A stretch of 64,000 nt of DNA from an uncultured bacterium (GTDB lineage Bacteria; JAGOEH01): NCBI GenBank assembly GCA_964632485.1, contig CAZWDO010000005.1, positions 20,249-84,248 on the forward strand. The letters run 5' to 3'. A program made the translations under genes and the position numbers. Of this stretch, positions 1 to 11,400 are shown piece by piece. The notes under the pieces are model-generated. The model searched no databases, had not been told where the DNA came from, and worked only from the letters and a program-made list of their open reading frames with translations. Every line of letters begins with the position of its first letter. Within the stretch, counting starts at the first letter, position 1.

Positions 1-446
1 AAAAATTTCTGACCCAGGTTTATGAAGATCGCGCCCCCCATTCTGAAACGAGGGTTGCAAACGAAGCTGTTCCACATTTTGATGAAAAAGAATTATTGGA
101 AAGAGTGGGAAATAATAATGAATTAGCGCAAAAATTAATGGGAATGTTCCTGCTCCAATTTCCAAAATATATTGAATCTCTTCGCCAGGCAATTCAGCAG
201 AATAACCACAATGAAATTCTAAAAATCGCTCATACTATTAAAGGATCTTCATCGAATATGTCTTTGAATCAACTCACAGGACTGGCTAAAAAAATTGAAG
301 CTAATGTCGATAAAAATGAAATCAATGGACTTAATGAACTATTCAATGCGATGCTTAGTGAATGGGAGAAAGTCAAAGCCCTTTTTAATACCATAAACTC
401 TTTGCCAATTCATGACAGAAATTCTCCAGTTGAGCGGAATATGTAA
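1..446 (+). CDS. C-terminal fragment of a hybrid sensor protein, Hpt (histidine phosphotransfer) domain; 5' end lies outside the window
   Basis: Reading frame is open from window start; the track start at 96 is TTG. 'AHTIKGSSSNMSL' matches the Hpt H-x-x-K-G-S-S motif preceded by the usual 'FD..ELLE..G' start of the domain. Confidence 0.6.
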   Translation, partial: KFLTQVYEDRAPHSETRVANEAVPHFDEKELLERVGNNNELAQKLMGMFLLQFPKYIESLRQAIQQNNHNEILKIAHTIKGSSSNMSLNQLTGLAKKIEANVDKNEINGLNELFNAMLSEWEKVKALFNTINSLPIHDRNSPVERNM

Positions 447-520
447 TGGGATCAATACACTCCGAAATAGTTTTGATTTCTCCTTGCTTCTGCTTTAAAC
501 ACTATTTTGAATCCGCAATG

Positions 521-2173
521 TTACCAAGGGAATATTTTGAAAATCCGATTCCTGAACGGCTGCTTTCTTAATACTATATAAACAGAATAGAAACACAAAG
601 CTATCAGACAACTTACTGGAAATAAATTCGTATGTCTGGTAAAAAAAGTGATTTCATTTGAGCAATCAATAGAATTTTCAAGCATGGTTTCCGAATTATC
701 TATACAATCATAGACTTGCCCAAAAGAATTGATGAACATAGTTAATCCTCCATTGGAGCAGCGGGCAACGGAATGTCGGGTTTCAACAGCGCGCAATCGG
801 GTGATATACGCCATTTGCTTTTGAAAATAGGTTTCACCAAACCAGGTTTCAAAAGATAGCTGAATAAAAAAATCCGCGCCCAGCAGGGACATTTGATTCC
901 ATAATGTTGAATAACTTTGTTCAAAACATATCGGGGTTCCGATTTTTATATTCCGTTTCCCCTGATCCTCAAATTCAAATAGTCGGATACCGTTTCCCTT
1001 TTTATAAAATTCACTTTCAATCATAAATTTCCAACCCAATTGATGCAACCATGAAATGTAGGGGAAACTCTCCCAACCCGGGGTTAAAATATTTTTATCA
1101 TAATATTGCAGAGATTGGCTGGAATCGGCCGCAAAAAGGATTACCCGATTCACAGATTGCATGAGAGAGGTATTATAAAACGGTTCCACATGATCACAAC
1201 CGGACAATAAAGGTGTATTCCAATCGGTGACAGCGGAACGGACAAACTGTTGAATTTTATAATTATTTCCATAGGGAATCGCTCCCTCGAACCAAACATA
1301 TAGATCAGTCTCAACTTTTTTCAGTTTATTATAATAGTCAGCAGAATCAGTAATTTCAACGATTCGTTCAAGCCGTTTTATTTTTTGCTCCTGAGTTGAG
1401 AAAAGCAGATTAAAATCGGTATGAAGCAACGACACCCGAATTGTTTCAGCGGACTTATCTTTCAGATGATATTGTTTATAAAAAGCATAAACCAGGGGCA
1501 GAAAAACCATGATAAAGGAAACCACTACGACTTTTCGAATAAAATTGACCGATAAAACACGATAATTTGCCCGGACCAGGATGCTATAGACCAGAACATT
1601 AAAAAGCATGACCCAAAAGGTGATAGATAAATAACCAAAAACATCAATATACTGAATCAGCCAGGTGTTTTCTGTTTGTGAGTGGGCTATCAATAGATAG
1701 TTAAGATTATGCTCTATAAAACTGTAAGACCATTCACAGACAACGAAAATGAAAGGTAGGACATAGAGCATTTGACTAAACCCAACGTATTTACGGACTG
1801 GAAACGCTATCATAAAGGGTATAACCAGGTTCAATGATTCGGAAATGGCCCCGATAATAATCAGCTCTTTATTCTTGGGAATACCCAGAAACCATCCCGA
1901 TGAAATCGTATAGGCCAGCAATGAGAACATCCAAACCAACCCAATGGAGCGGAAAAATTGATGATTATTCTCCAAAGAGATAAAAAGAAAAATAAAGGCA
2001 ATCCATGCCAGGAAAGAAATATTAATATTCCATGGCAGCGGCCAAGAAATACCATATAAAATAGCGCCCAGCGTCCAAAAAGGGATTTTTTTTAACCTTT
2101 GACTAATTAGCATTAATTTTCGCTTTCTATAAATTTTACTGAGGAAGTATCCTATATTTTCAGGATCAAACAA
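521..2173 (-). CDS. lnt: apolipoprotein N-acyltransferase (CN-hydrolase family)
   Basis: N-terminal polytopic membrane region followed by a C-terminal nitrilase/CN-hydrolase domain with 'TPICFEQSY' (catalytic Cys motif like E. coli Lnt 'ICYE'). Start at 2173 is TTG 3 nt after the upstream stop; an in-frame ATG at 2113 (MLISQRL..) is an alternative. Confidence 0.75.
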   Translation of the reverse strand: MFDPENIGYFLSKIYRKRKLMLISQRLKKIPFWTLGAILYGISWPLPWNINISFLAWIAFIFLFISLENNHQFFRSIGLVWMFSLLAYTISSGWFLGIPKNKELIIIGAISESLNLVIPFMIAFPVRKYVGFSQMLYVLPFIFVVCEWSYSFIEHNLNYLLIAHSQTENTWLIQYIDVFGYLSITFWVMLFNVLVYSILVRANYRVLSVNFIRKVVVVSFIMVFLPLVYAFYKQYHLKDKSAETIRVSLLHTDFNLLFSTQEQKIKRLERIVEITDSADYYNKLKKVETDLYVWFEGAIPYGNNYKIQQFVRSAVTDWNTPLLSGCDHVEPFYNTSLMQSVNRVILFAADSSQSLQYYDKNILTPGWESFPYISWLHQLGWKFMIESEFYKKGNGIRLFEFEDQGKRNIKIGTPICFEQSYSTLWNQMSLLGADFFIQLSFETWFGETYFQKQMAYITRLRAVETRHSVARCSNGGLTMFINSFGQVYDCIDNSETMLENSIDCSNEITFFTRHTNLFPVSCLIALCFYSVYIVLRKQPFRNRIFKIFPW

Positions 2174-2176
2174 TTT

Positions 2177-4243
2177 TTATTCGCTTCGCGCTATGCGAAA
2201 GCCCAGGCCGGCTTCCCGGTACCAGGGGAATTTGCCCCCGCGATAGGTAGAGCGAACAGTTCTCGCGTGGCTGGTCCAGCTACCCCCGCGCAATACAAAT
2301 AACGATCCCGTTAATGGCCCCTGGGGATTAACCGCTGAACTAATATTATAATAACTATTACTATACCGGTCAAAACACCATTCCCACACATTTCCGGCCA
2401 AATCATAGCACCCTTCGGCCGACATACCTAAAGAATAACGCCCCACCGTCTGCGACTGCCCGCGATTACAAAAAACGATCCCCTGCTTGAAGTTCAAATA
2501 ATTGCAATCAGGCTCAGGAATAGATCCCCACGGATACTTGCGCCCCGGATCCGGTCCGCGCGCTGCGCGTTCCCATTCCGCTTCCGTCGGCAAGCGCCAC
2601 CCAAAAAAATCGCAAAACGCTTTCGCTCCATACCAGGTCACGTTATACACCGGACAATTCCTGTAACGAGGCGTTACATAGTATATCCCATTTCTGTAAA
2701 CAATCGGGTATTGGGTCCCTGCAAATATATCAATATATAACGTATCTCCGATAGCGCTCCATGTTTTTTCTTGTGAATATTTTACTTTTCCAGCGGCCGT
2801 CGCCGCATTCAAAAAAGCCACATATTGCTCATTGGTTACTTCGTATTTTCCTAACTGATAGGAACTCAGCGTCACTCTATGCGTGGGTCTTTCGTCATAA
2901 TCGCCCCCGCCCCAGCTATCGCCCATTGTGAATGTCAGTCCGCTATTGATAGTGATCCATTCAAAATTCAACGTATCGATCGCGTATTGTGAATATGAAA
3001 ATTGAGCCGTCGGCGACCAGGGATGCCAGTTTGACTGATGATCCCTTACCCGTATTTTAACATAATAAGGACTAGTATTATTAAAACAAGAGTCGGGAAA
3101 GCTCGCTCGATTGGTGGGGGAATAATAATCAACACAGTTCGGAATAGTAAAATTCGTATCGTCATCAATCATAATCTGATAGGATGCCGCATAATAAATT
3201 TCGGTCCATTTGAATGTTCCGTTAGTCGAGCCGTTGGCTTGTGGAAAGATCAAATCAATTGATTGTTCAGGCAATCTGAAACGTTCTGAATCCGACCAAC
3301 CATGCCAGTTTAATTGAGTGTCTTCCATCCGGACTTTCCAGTAATAAACCGTGGGAAATAATCGGTTCATGCACTGAAAACGAGAAGCGTTCGTCCTGGA
3401 CTTGATAATGACGTTTTCAAAATTCAGATCGGTTGCAATCCAAATTTCATAGCGTAGGGCGTTCCGCACATCCATCCAATCGAAGGTAAAATTTCTATCG
3501 CGAATAGAATCGCCCGTAAGGGGATAAACCAAAAACAACGAATCTGTCACTAAAGGAACAAACTCAAATTGATAGGTTTTATCGTCTTCGACTATGACAT
3601 TGTTTAACGTATCAACCCGACAATTCGCCGATGAACCGACAAACATGTAGCGAGGTATATTTCCGGCGAAATTATTCACCCATGCGTCAAGGCGATCCGC
3701 TGTTATTCCCCGGCAATCAATTCTCGGTTCCCCCGTTCCGCGGCTACCGATCTTTAACATTTTGATCGCCTGCATTGCCTGATGGGTCGAAACTGCCACA
3801 ATATAAATCCCCGAAGGCAGGGTCCCGGTATTTATTTCAAACAATTGATTTCCCTGAGAAACTGAAAATTTGGCCGAATATTTTATTTCACCGGACACGT
3901 TATAAATTTTTATGATATACGTATCATCGGAGACGGAGGAGATGATGAAGCGGGTCGTTAAATCAAACAGATTGAAAAACCCCCGATAAAGGATAAAATG
4001 AGATTTATCCGGTAAGGCCTCACCGATTTCATTCAATGGCAGCAGATTGACCATCTGATCGCCCGGAATGGTCGTATCCCGTTGATTAAAAAGATTTTTT
4101 ATATAAACAGAATTCAGGGAAACTTTTTTAGCGCGAGTCGCATCCCATCCCGAAAACCGGATTTGCTGGCTTAGGGAAAGTGATGCCGTCAAATAAATAC
4201 ACACTGCAACAAATAACCGAACCATTGTGATAATTAACTCCAT
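2177..4243 (-). CDS. secreted multi-domain protein with C-terminal FGE-sulfatase/SUMF1 domain and an N-proximal T9SS-CTD-like beta-sandwich
   Basis: Signal-peptide-like N-terminus. 'GDSWGGGDYDERP...RVLRGGSWTSHARTVRSTYRG' resembles the SUMF1/FGE-sulfatase fold. Residues ~95-165 ('YIIKIYNVSGEIKYSA...LPSGIYIVAV...MLKI') resemble a Por secretion tail. W-rich FN3-like repeats lie in the middle. Confidence 0.55.
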   Translation of the reverse strand: MELIITMVRLFVAVCIYLTASLSLSQQIRFSGWDATRAKKVSLNSVYIKNLFNQRDTTIPGDQMVNLLPLNEIGEALPDKSHFILYRGFFNLFDLTTRFIISSVSDDTYIIKIYNVSGEIKYSAKFSVSQGNQLFEINTGTLPSGIYIVAVSTHQAMQAIKMLKIGSRGTGEPRIDCRGITADRLDAWVNNFAGNIPRYMFVGSSANCRVDTLNNVIVEDDKTYQFEFVPLVTDSLFLVYPLTGDSIRDRNFTFDWMDVRNALRYEIWIATDLNFENVIIKSRTNASRFQCMNRLFPTVYYWKVRMEDTQLNWHGWSDSERFRLPEQSIDLIFPQANGSTNGTFKWTEIYYAASYQIMIDDDTNFTIPNCVDYYSPTNRASFPDSCFNNTSPYYVKIRVRDHQSNWHPWSPTAQFSYSQYAIDTLNFEWITINSGLTFTMGDSWGGGDYDERPTHRVTLSSYQLGKYEVTNEQYVAFLNAATAAGKVKYSQEKTWSAIGDTLYIDIFAGTQYPIVYRNGIYYVTPRYRNCPVYNVTWYGAKAFCDFFGWRLPTEAEWERAARGPDPGRKYPWGSIPEPDCNYLNFKQGIVFCNRGQSQTVGRYSLGMSAEGCYDLAGNVWEWCFDRYSNSYYNISSAVNPQGPLTGSLFVLRGGSWTSHARTVRSTYRGGKFPWYREAGLGFRIARSE

Positions 4244-4464
4244 TTAGTCATAAGCGTTACCGGCTCCGGTTGAGTACTTCACATTCTCATCAATCATTTC
4301 AAAATAACAAAAGCATACTAAACAGAATTTCTCCTATCCCTGGATTAGCGGGGAAATCCTCATGCGGACTCCCCGCGAAATTACAAAGAGACCCTCATCC
4401 GGGAGGTAGATTAAGCGGAAGCAGTGTTGTATAAAATCGTCCCACCCAGTTGTCCGCGGCAAAG

Positions 4465-7400
4465 TTAATCAAGCAAGAGCAGTTTATGGACCGATTCGCT
4501 CGACTCGCCCGACTCAGCGCGCCAAAGGACCCTGCAAAAATAGACTCCGCTGCCCGCTCGCCGGTTATCAGACCATGATCCCGGCCAGTCCAGGCGATGG
4601 ATTCCCGCAACCTGCCTGGCAAAACGGCGGACGTCCACACATTGTCCCAGGACATCAAAGAAGCGAATCTCTACATCGCCGCTTGATGGTAATTCATAAC
4701 GGATTTCCGTCGTTCGATTGAAGGGATTGGGATAATTGGATAAGACCAAGTGATCACGGCCGGCAGGTGGAGCATCCTTGATCGCGCTGGGACGATTGCC
4801 GATGGCGAACCATTTTGGCCAGATAGCAGGATAAACCCAGAAGACGGCCGCGCCGTTGGCTTCAATCTTGTTCTCCTTTAAGGCTATTTTATACAAATCA
4901 AAGCGGTAGTTTGTGTCGTTATATTTCTGAAACACCATCTGTTGATCGTCCACGGAATAGTTGGGGTAAAAAGCCATATTGGCATATTCCCCAAGTATCT
5001 GGCCAATTTCGCCGGAAAACAGGTCATAACCGAAGACAAAATTAGCCGAGAGTCCGGTTTGATTGTAATCCTCCATAAAATAATCGAAGGCGAAAACATA
5101 AGGGCTGGTTTGAGAGAACGTGGGATTGCCAAGATTGATTCCTTCTCCCTGGGGAGGGAACACCTGGAAAATCGTTTGACTGGCCAAATCCATTACCTGT
5201 AAATCCCAATACCAGAGAGTATCGCCGGTGCCTAATGCCTGGGCGTTGTAGGTATCATAAATCAATAAATCCCCAGTGAGGTTGAAATCGAGCGCATCGG
5301 CATATAGCGGGGATGAGTTGTAGCTGGAATGGCTGGTCGTGGGTACATACAACTGAATTTCGCGATAAAGGGAATTTTCCAGATCAAAATAATGGATGAC
5401 TGGAGTTGCATAGATTGTCGTCGCAACCAGTTGCTGCGCATCGGGGGAAATGGCGATCGAAGACCAGATTGGCGAATCATCGATGATAGTTTCTTCAGTA
5501 CCGTCTGAATTAACGACCATCAAGCGATGAAGCGTATCAATAAAAAAGAGAACCGAACCGTCATCAGGAATCGTAATGCTGGAGCCGGTTTCCAGCGATA
5601 CTCCGGACCTGGAAAGCAATCGTATATCAGTTTCAGGATTTATAATTACCGGGCGAACGGCGGCAAACATATTATCAACCCCATTAAAAAGGCACATTGC
5701 CACCCATTCATCGCCGACGATGGGCGGCAAATCGGGATCGGGCTCGGTGGGTTCGCTGCCGGTAATTCCCACCTGGTCAAAAGCCTGGCCCACGCTGCTC
5801 ACTTCAGCCGACTGGGCGCCGAAGAGGTCTCCGGCTGCCTGCAAACACGCCAGCCGCATATCAATAAATTGGGATAACCGGCTCAGATAACGGGCAGAGA
5901 GGACCCGGTAATAGATTTGTTCCAGTTTATTTTTCCCCAGCGCTTCACCGATCAGATAAGTCGCTTTATTAATAATCCCCACATTGATATGAACACCTCC
6001 GTTATCGTCTTCAAGCGCCATGGTTTGAAATTCGGACATGTGGGCCGGCAGCCAGTTGGCGCTGCCGGTCGCGCTTTGGTTATGCGGATTCGACATATCG
6101 CGCATGGGGATGCCATTGGGAAAATAGGCGGGTTTGACCACGTCTTCGCCGACATACCAGTCCTCGCGATCACACATTGCGCCTCCCCAGTCGGCAAAGG
6201 CTTCGTCCAACGCGCCGGACTGGAATTGATACTCCAACCCAACTGTATGCTGGACGACACCGTGGGTTATCTCATGGGCGACCACATCCAGTCCCCGGGC
6301 CAGGGGATGAAAATAGTCCCCGCCATCACCAAAGACAAGTAGCGAACCGTTCCAGAAAGCATTGGCCATCGATTCGCCATTTTCCGTCAAATGGATGACG
6401 CTGACCATGGACATCCCCTGGTTGTCAATTGAATTGCGTCCATGAGTCTGGTAGTAATAATCATAAACCAATGACGTGAAATAGCCTATGCTGACCGATG
6501 CCGCGTCGCTCCAAGTATTGTTCAGGGAGGTTACATGATAGATGACGGCCTGGTCGGCATCCACATTCCGCGCGTCTAAAACCAGCAGTCCGCCCTTCGG
6601 ATCGTTCAATAGATCGCTCTGTTGTGTTTGCCACATGGGTTTAGAAGCATTCAGCAAATAGTAGGCTCCCTGGTACTGATAAACATTCAATGCGCGGGAT
6701 TGATTCAATAAATCGGTTCCATATCCCGATGTCGGGCCATCGCGGCGGGTTTGGTTGTATTTGGCCAGAATCTCTCCGCTCCGCGCGTCAATAAAATAGT
6801 TCCACTGCTCAAGCAATCCTTTTGAAGGTTGTAAAAACCAGACTAAAAAATAGTGGCGGGAGGATGGATTTTGCCACCAGCAGAGGGTCGGAGCCGGTTT
6901 TTCCCGGTCTCCTCCGGGCCATTGATCCGAATTGTTCATCGAATTTTGAATACCCAGATCGGTTTCGGCAATCAATTGAGCCTGTGATTGAGTTATCGGA
7001 ACCGACGACGGATTTTCCAAATCGAGCGACGGCGCGTAGCGACCGTTGCAGGCATATAAATTTCCACGTGAATCGAAATGCAGAATCAACTCATTGGCCC
7101 AAATCGGGATTCCCTGTTGATAGCGTTCAAAAACCAGATGCCGGGAACCGTCGCTATCTTCCCGATCTTCCTTAAGCCGTAATTCATTAATAGGGTCGCG
7201 CAATCGCAACAACTCTTTTTCCCGGTCTAAAAATGCCTCGGCCTGTTCCTGAATTGAAGGCTTTAAACCAGGTTTGCCCAGCGCTGCCGGAAGCGGTTTA
7301 AGGGATAAGAAAACAATCGTTTGATCGGACGAGTCGCGAACAATGCGCTCAAATTGGGTTTGGGAAGAAATGGGATTATGATTGGAAATTTGCGCCATCG

Positions 7401-7680
7401 CCCGCAGAGATTGCGGGGGGAATGACGGAATTTGCGCGAAAGGCGCGCCGGATTGAAAAGCGGGTCCATGGCTACTTCCCGGAGAGGATTGAGCAATATA
7501 TCCGGGCCGCCGCGCCAAAAAATTCTGCCATTGGTTCAAAATTCCCTGAGGGTTGATCGCCAGATTAGATCCTTGTGGATGGACAGATTTTACTTTTCCT
7601 TTCAATCCGGTCGGCGGGTTGGCAAATAAAGCTGAAACCATAAGAAACAAAATAATAAATTCGAAATACCTTTTACTCAT
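4465..7680 (-). CDS. secreted M4 (thermolysin-like) zinc metalloprotease with T9SS type A C-terminal domain
   Basis: GGAGGAG RBS 6 nt before ATG. Signal peptide present. 'VVAHEITHGV' HEXXH plus downstream 'DEAFAD' (thermolysin E-x-x-x-D third ligand motif). C-terminus 'NYPNPFNRTTEIRYELP...SGVYFCRV...KLLLLD' is a T9SS CTD. Confidence 0.7.
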   Translation of the reverse strand: MSKRYFEFIILFLMVSALFANPPTGLKGKVKSVHPQGSNLAINPQGILNQWQNFLARRPGYIAQSSPGSSHGPAFQSGAPFAQIPSFPPQSLRAMAQISNHNPISSQTQFERIVRDSSDQTIVFLSLKPLPAALGKPGLKPSIQEQAEAFLDREKELLRLRDPINELRLKEDREDSDGSRHLVFERYQQGIPIWANELILHFDSRGNLYACNGRYAPSLDLENPSSVPITQSQAQLIAETDLGIQNSMNNSDQWPGGDREKPAPTLCWWQNPSSRHYFLVWFLQPSKGLLEQWNYFIDARSGEILAKYNQTRRDGPTSGYGTDLLNQSRALNVYQYQGAYYLLNASKPMWQTQQSDLLNDPKGGLLVLDARNVDADQAVIYHVTSLNNTWSDAASVSIGYFTSLVYDYYYQTHGRNSIDNQGMSMVSVIHLTENGESMANAFWNGSLLVFGDGGDYFHPLARGLDVVAHEITHGVVQHTVGLEYQFQSGALDEAFADWGGAMCDREDWYVGEDVVKPAYFPNGIPMRDMSNPHNQSATGSANWLPAHMSEFQTMALEDDNGGVHINVGIINKATYLIGEALGKNKLEQIYYRVLSARYLSRLSQFIDMRLACLQAAGDLFGAQSAEVSSVGQAFDQVGITGSEPTEPDPDLPPIVGDEWVAMCLFNGVDNMFAAVRPVIINPETDIRLLSRSGVSLETGSSITIPDDGSVLFFIDTLHRLMVVNSDGTEETIIDDSPIWSSIAISPDAQQLVATTIYATPVIHYFDLENSLYREIQLYVPTTSHSSYNSSPLYADALDFNLTGDLLIYDTYNAQALGTGDTLWYWDLQVMDLASQTIFQVFPPQGEGINLGNPTFSQTSPYVFAFDYFMEDYNQTGLSANFVFGYDLFSGEIGQILGEYANMAFYPNYSVDDQQMVFQKYNDTNYRFDLYKIALKENKIEANGAAVFWVYPAIWPKWFAIGNRPSAIKDAPPAGRDHLVLSNYPNPFNRTTEIRYELPSSGDVEIRFFDVLGQCVDVRRFARQVAGIHRLDWPGSWSDNRRAGSGVYFCRVLWRAESGESSESVHKLLLLD

Positions 7681-7816
7681 AAAGGTCTCCTCCGATTAAA
7701 AATTTAATTTTTCATACCGGGCTATAAACGTCTGAGCGAAAAAAATCCATCAATGGACCTATCCATGTTAAACAAATGATTTTCTTAAAAAAAATTTAGC
7801 AGAGACACCAACGGAC

Positions 7817-8212
7817 TTATTGATCGGGATCCACGCCATCCCGGGCCCAGGAAATCGCATTGGCAGTGGCATCCGCCTCTCTGCCGTCAAAATAGCGTTC
7901 CGTGGCATAGATCCCGGATTGCAAGGCCAGAGCTTTGAATTGACCGACCGTGGCGGCATTGTTGACGATAACCGCGGAACGCTTCATTCCCGCTAATTTG
8001 TATTGTTTTTGTCCTTCTACCATTAGCTTAAATGCTTCCTGAGGCAAGGGCTCCAAATTCCGCATGTCAATAATCACCGGAAAAGATGTTGATTTTTCGG
8101 TAGAAAGAGTTAATTTACTCTCATCATGCCAGTTTTGCATTTCCTTCGCATCTATATGTCCCGAAAAAGTTAACAAGAAACCGGAAGCTTTGCGTTCGAT
8201 CTTGTACATCAT
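7817..8212 (-). CDS. small STAS/SpoIIAA-like fold protein (function unknown)
   Basis: AAGGAG RBS immediately before tandem ATG ATG (8212/8209). The track start at 8230 is TTG upstream of the RBS. Weak resemblance to anti-sigma-antagonist-like STAS proteins. Confidence 0.35.
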   Translation of the reverse strand: MMYKIERKASGFLLTFSGHIDAKEMQNWHDESKLTLSTEKSTSFPVIIDMRNLEPLPQEAFKLMVEGQKQYKLAGMKRSAVIVNNAATVGQFKALALQSGIYATERYFDGREADATANAISWARDGVDPDQ

Positions 8213-8388
8213 TTGCTCCTTTCGATTCAATTGCCTGGCGAGTTGCGCTAAACGGTTATCCCAATAAACAAAAGCTCTTAGCCAAAATTCACGAATGAAC
8301 TATTGTAATAATAAATCATAGCGGCAATCTTGTCAAGGGAAAAAAAATTCTAATTTCTTACCCACTTATAGGGATTAAAATTAAAATA

Positions 8389-8417
8389 TTGACAATTTTA
8401 AAACAAAGAATTATTAT
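8389..8417 (+). promoter_or_regulatory. sigma70-type promoter TTGACA-17-TATTAT for the adhesin gene
   Basis: TTGACA 8389-8394, 17-nt spacer, TATTAT 8412-8417, then AAGGAG RBS and TTG start at 8438. Confidence 0.4.
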
Positions 8418-8437
8418 TATAAAAAAGGAGATACTAT

Positions 8438-11400
8438 TTGCGAATATATTTACTAATACTACTTTCGATATGGATTGCGGGAATCGAGACCGTATGGGCC
8501 GATCCGCCGGAATGGGATACCGTGACGGTAACAATCAATCCCAAGGGCTGCCTCTGGTTCGCGGGACAGGGTAATGCGAATGTTAAAATCGTCAGGAATA
8601 CCAAGGAATTTTTTGATTCCCTGCCAGATTGTCAAGCAGATTCTGTGAATATTCCTCCCTGGGCTCATTTTTTTAGCGTTCAATCGATAGGAACTTTTTC
8701 ATCTGATGGCGCCTTCGATAAAACGTATTTAATGGGAAGCAACCGAGCGCAATATTTTATCGACACTACTCGATATGATATAGGGCCCGAAAGAGATTAT
8801 AAAAACAATTATAGCGATTACGGCATTGCCATCATGGCATCCGCGCCCAATGGCGCTTTAGCCGGAGTTTTTTTATCCGATCAATCTCCCCCCTTAAACA
8901 GTTCGATCGACACAGTCAATGCCTTTTGCGAATGGCAAACTGATACCCGCGCGCTTCACCATCCCTTTTATATCGGCCAGGCCAATGAATTTATTCCTGT
9001 CAACCCCCAGGCAACGCGTCTTTTTTTTGGACCTTTGGATATTGAATATAATAATAATAACCACGGATTGAAACAGCCCTTGCGCGACACAATGAAAGTC
9101 ACGATCCTTTTTTCCGCGGATACGAGTACTGTTTCACTGTTTCCACGCGTAAAAAGCGTTGAATCCGGGCAACGGGAAATCTGCTATGATGATTCGACAA
9201 TCCTGAATATTGACTTAAATTCATTATCCATGATAAAACCCAATTTTACAATCGAAGTTCATTCGCAATTAATTCCTGAATGGATACTAACTGATCGTAT
9301 CAATCAAGTATTAAACTATCAATTCAGTCTGAAACTAACCATCAAACCGGATTCAACAAAAAGATATTCGCGCATTGATACCGCTAATTTTCGGTTAATC
9401 CATCCCCAAAAGACGTATTACAAGATAATATTTGATCCAACTTCACCAAGAAATTGCGATTCACAACTGGTCTATTGCACACTGCGGGATTCCATCAACA
9501 CCCAATATACGACCTACGACACGCTCGCCTTTGAAATTCCCATCACGGTCAAGGCGCAGGAGCTGGGAGGGGACCTGCTGGCCGACACCATCGACTTTAC
9601 GCCCGACGAGACGCTTTACCTGCCGCCCTGGGCAGCCGATACGCCGCTGGATACTACATTGACCATCACCAACCAGGGCGAATGCTACCACCTGCGCATC
9701 GACAGCCTCACTCTTCGCAATCCTCAAGACTCGCTCACGCCCCCGCCCGACAGCGTTCTTCAACCTGACGAAGAAACTCAATTCAAAGTGCGCATGAACC
9801 TTACTCCCGACTCCACCCAAACACTATTTCTCGATACTTTGACACTGGCATGGAATGACCCCACCCGCTCGCCCCGACAAACCATTCTCAAGGCCAATGC
9901 CGGCTACTGGAACATCGAGATGATCCCGCCCGATTCGCTGGTCATTGATTCATGTTTAAACCTACCCTCCATTTTGAGTGAATTGACTGTGAAAAACAGC
10001 GGCAATACAAATTATCTCACCATCTATCGAATCAGGGCGGCCGTAGATTCAAACGATTCAAGCCGATTCAGCATTACGATTCCCTGGGATACTCTCACCG
10101 ATGGCTCACTCCGTCCCTGGTCGATCCATGCCGGCTTCTCTTTGAAACGCCCTTTTTCCGCTTCTCTAAAACTGCCGGGACTCTATCGAACTGAATTTTC
10201 GATTATATCCAACGATAGAGAAACCGATTCGCTTATCTATCCGGTTATTTTCCATATCCGTGGTTCGGAACCAGAAATCCTGATCGAATCGCCTTCCCCT
10301 GAATCACACACTCTGGATTTCGATTCACTTAAAACCGGAGAAGAACGGACAGACTCTGTTCGTTTGACCAATCAAGGGTGCTGGCCGTTGATCATCGATT
10401 CGATTAGACGGAAGGGCCCTCATTCAGACGAATTTATCATCGGTACAATGCTAAATTACTACATTTCATTGAAAGCGCCGATTTTAGAATTAGATACATT
10501 CTCCGTGCCCATTGTATTCACTCCGCTCAGCCAGGGAGTCCGCAGCGATTCTGTCATCATCTACTATGATTCCTTTACGTATGTCGATTACGATACGCTC
10601 ACCTTCGCCGGCGGCCACCGGGCCACAGCCGATACGATTGTCTTGACAGGCTATGGCATCGCACCGGAGCTGACCGTCAACAATGCCGAACTCCGCCTAA
10701 ACGGAGAGTGTATTCACTCCCCTTCACTTGATACGCTCTGGCTCCATAATACCGGCGACGCCTCATTATTCATCGATACGGTCATTTTTTCTGATCCCGT
10801 CTTATCAGGAAACTGGACAAACAGCGATTATCAGGATAGTCTTATTATTTATAAAACGATCCCGCCACAGGATTCTTTAGCGCTCTATGTGGAATTCACC
10901 CCCGATACGACAGGATTTTTCAACAGTTCCGGTCAGTCCAACCTCCGCATCCACACGAATATCTATCCGGCAGACAGCGCCTGGCGCGAATATGCCCTCC
11001 ACAGCGACTCGATCCGTGGCCAGGAAATCGCTCTGCGCTCGCTCGAAGGGGACGAACCATTCAGCCGCATCGAATTCCCGCCACCCGGTGTGGGCAACCG
11101 CGCCGACACGGTCTTCGCCATTGCCAATACAGGCTGCGCGCAACTGACCATCGCTGAAATTAATATCCAACCCTGGTTCCATCACGAAAGAGGCGATCTT
11201 CCCCTGACCCTCGCGCCGAATGATACAGTGTTAATCCCAGTTTATTTTCAGCCCCACGATACTCTAACGCAAACCCGCGCGCTGCATATCATCAGCAATG
11301 ACCCAAATTTCCGGGACACTACCATCATTCTCGGCGGCCACGCCGGATACCCGGTCCCGACATTCAGCGCCGTTTCAATTAATTTCGATTCGATCTGTGT

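Noticed and set aside
2113-2173. Alternative lnt start (ATG 2113, MLISQRL) versus TTG 2173
   Set aside because: Not resolved. TTG 2173 sits 3 nt after the upstream stop with no RBS. ATG 2113 gives the usual short cytoplasmic N-terminus. The feature is reported with the longer coordinates and a note.
2177-4243. Possibility that the FGE-domain protein is a GldK/PorK or GldJ T9SS component
   Set aside because: GldK/GldJ are about 450-570-aa lipoproteins with the FGE-like domain toward the N-terminus. This protein is 688 aa with the FGE domain at the extreme C-terminus and extra FN3-like and CTD-like modules.
4395-4658. 87-aa ORF overlapping the 3' end of the M4 protease gene on the same strand in another frame
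   Set aside because: Lies entirely inside the well-supported 1071-aa gene, whose T9SS CTD occupies this segment. No RBS. Typical overlapping shadow ORF.
5262-7629. Cluster of 60-140-aa ORFs on both strands (5527-5877, 5917-6342, 6177-6398, 6822-7175 and others) inside the M4 protease gene
   Set aside because: All lie within the long protease ORF. They are Arg/Pro/Gly-rich, as expected for alternative frames of GC-richer coding DNA. None has start signals.
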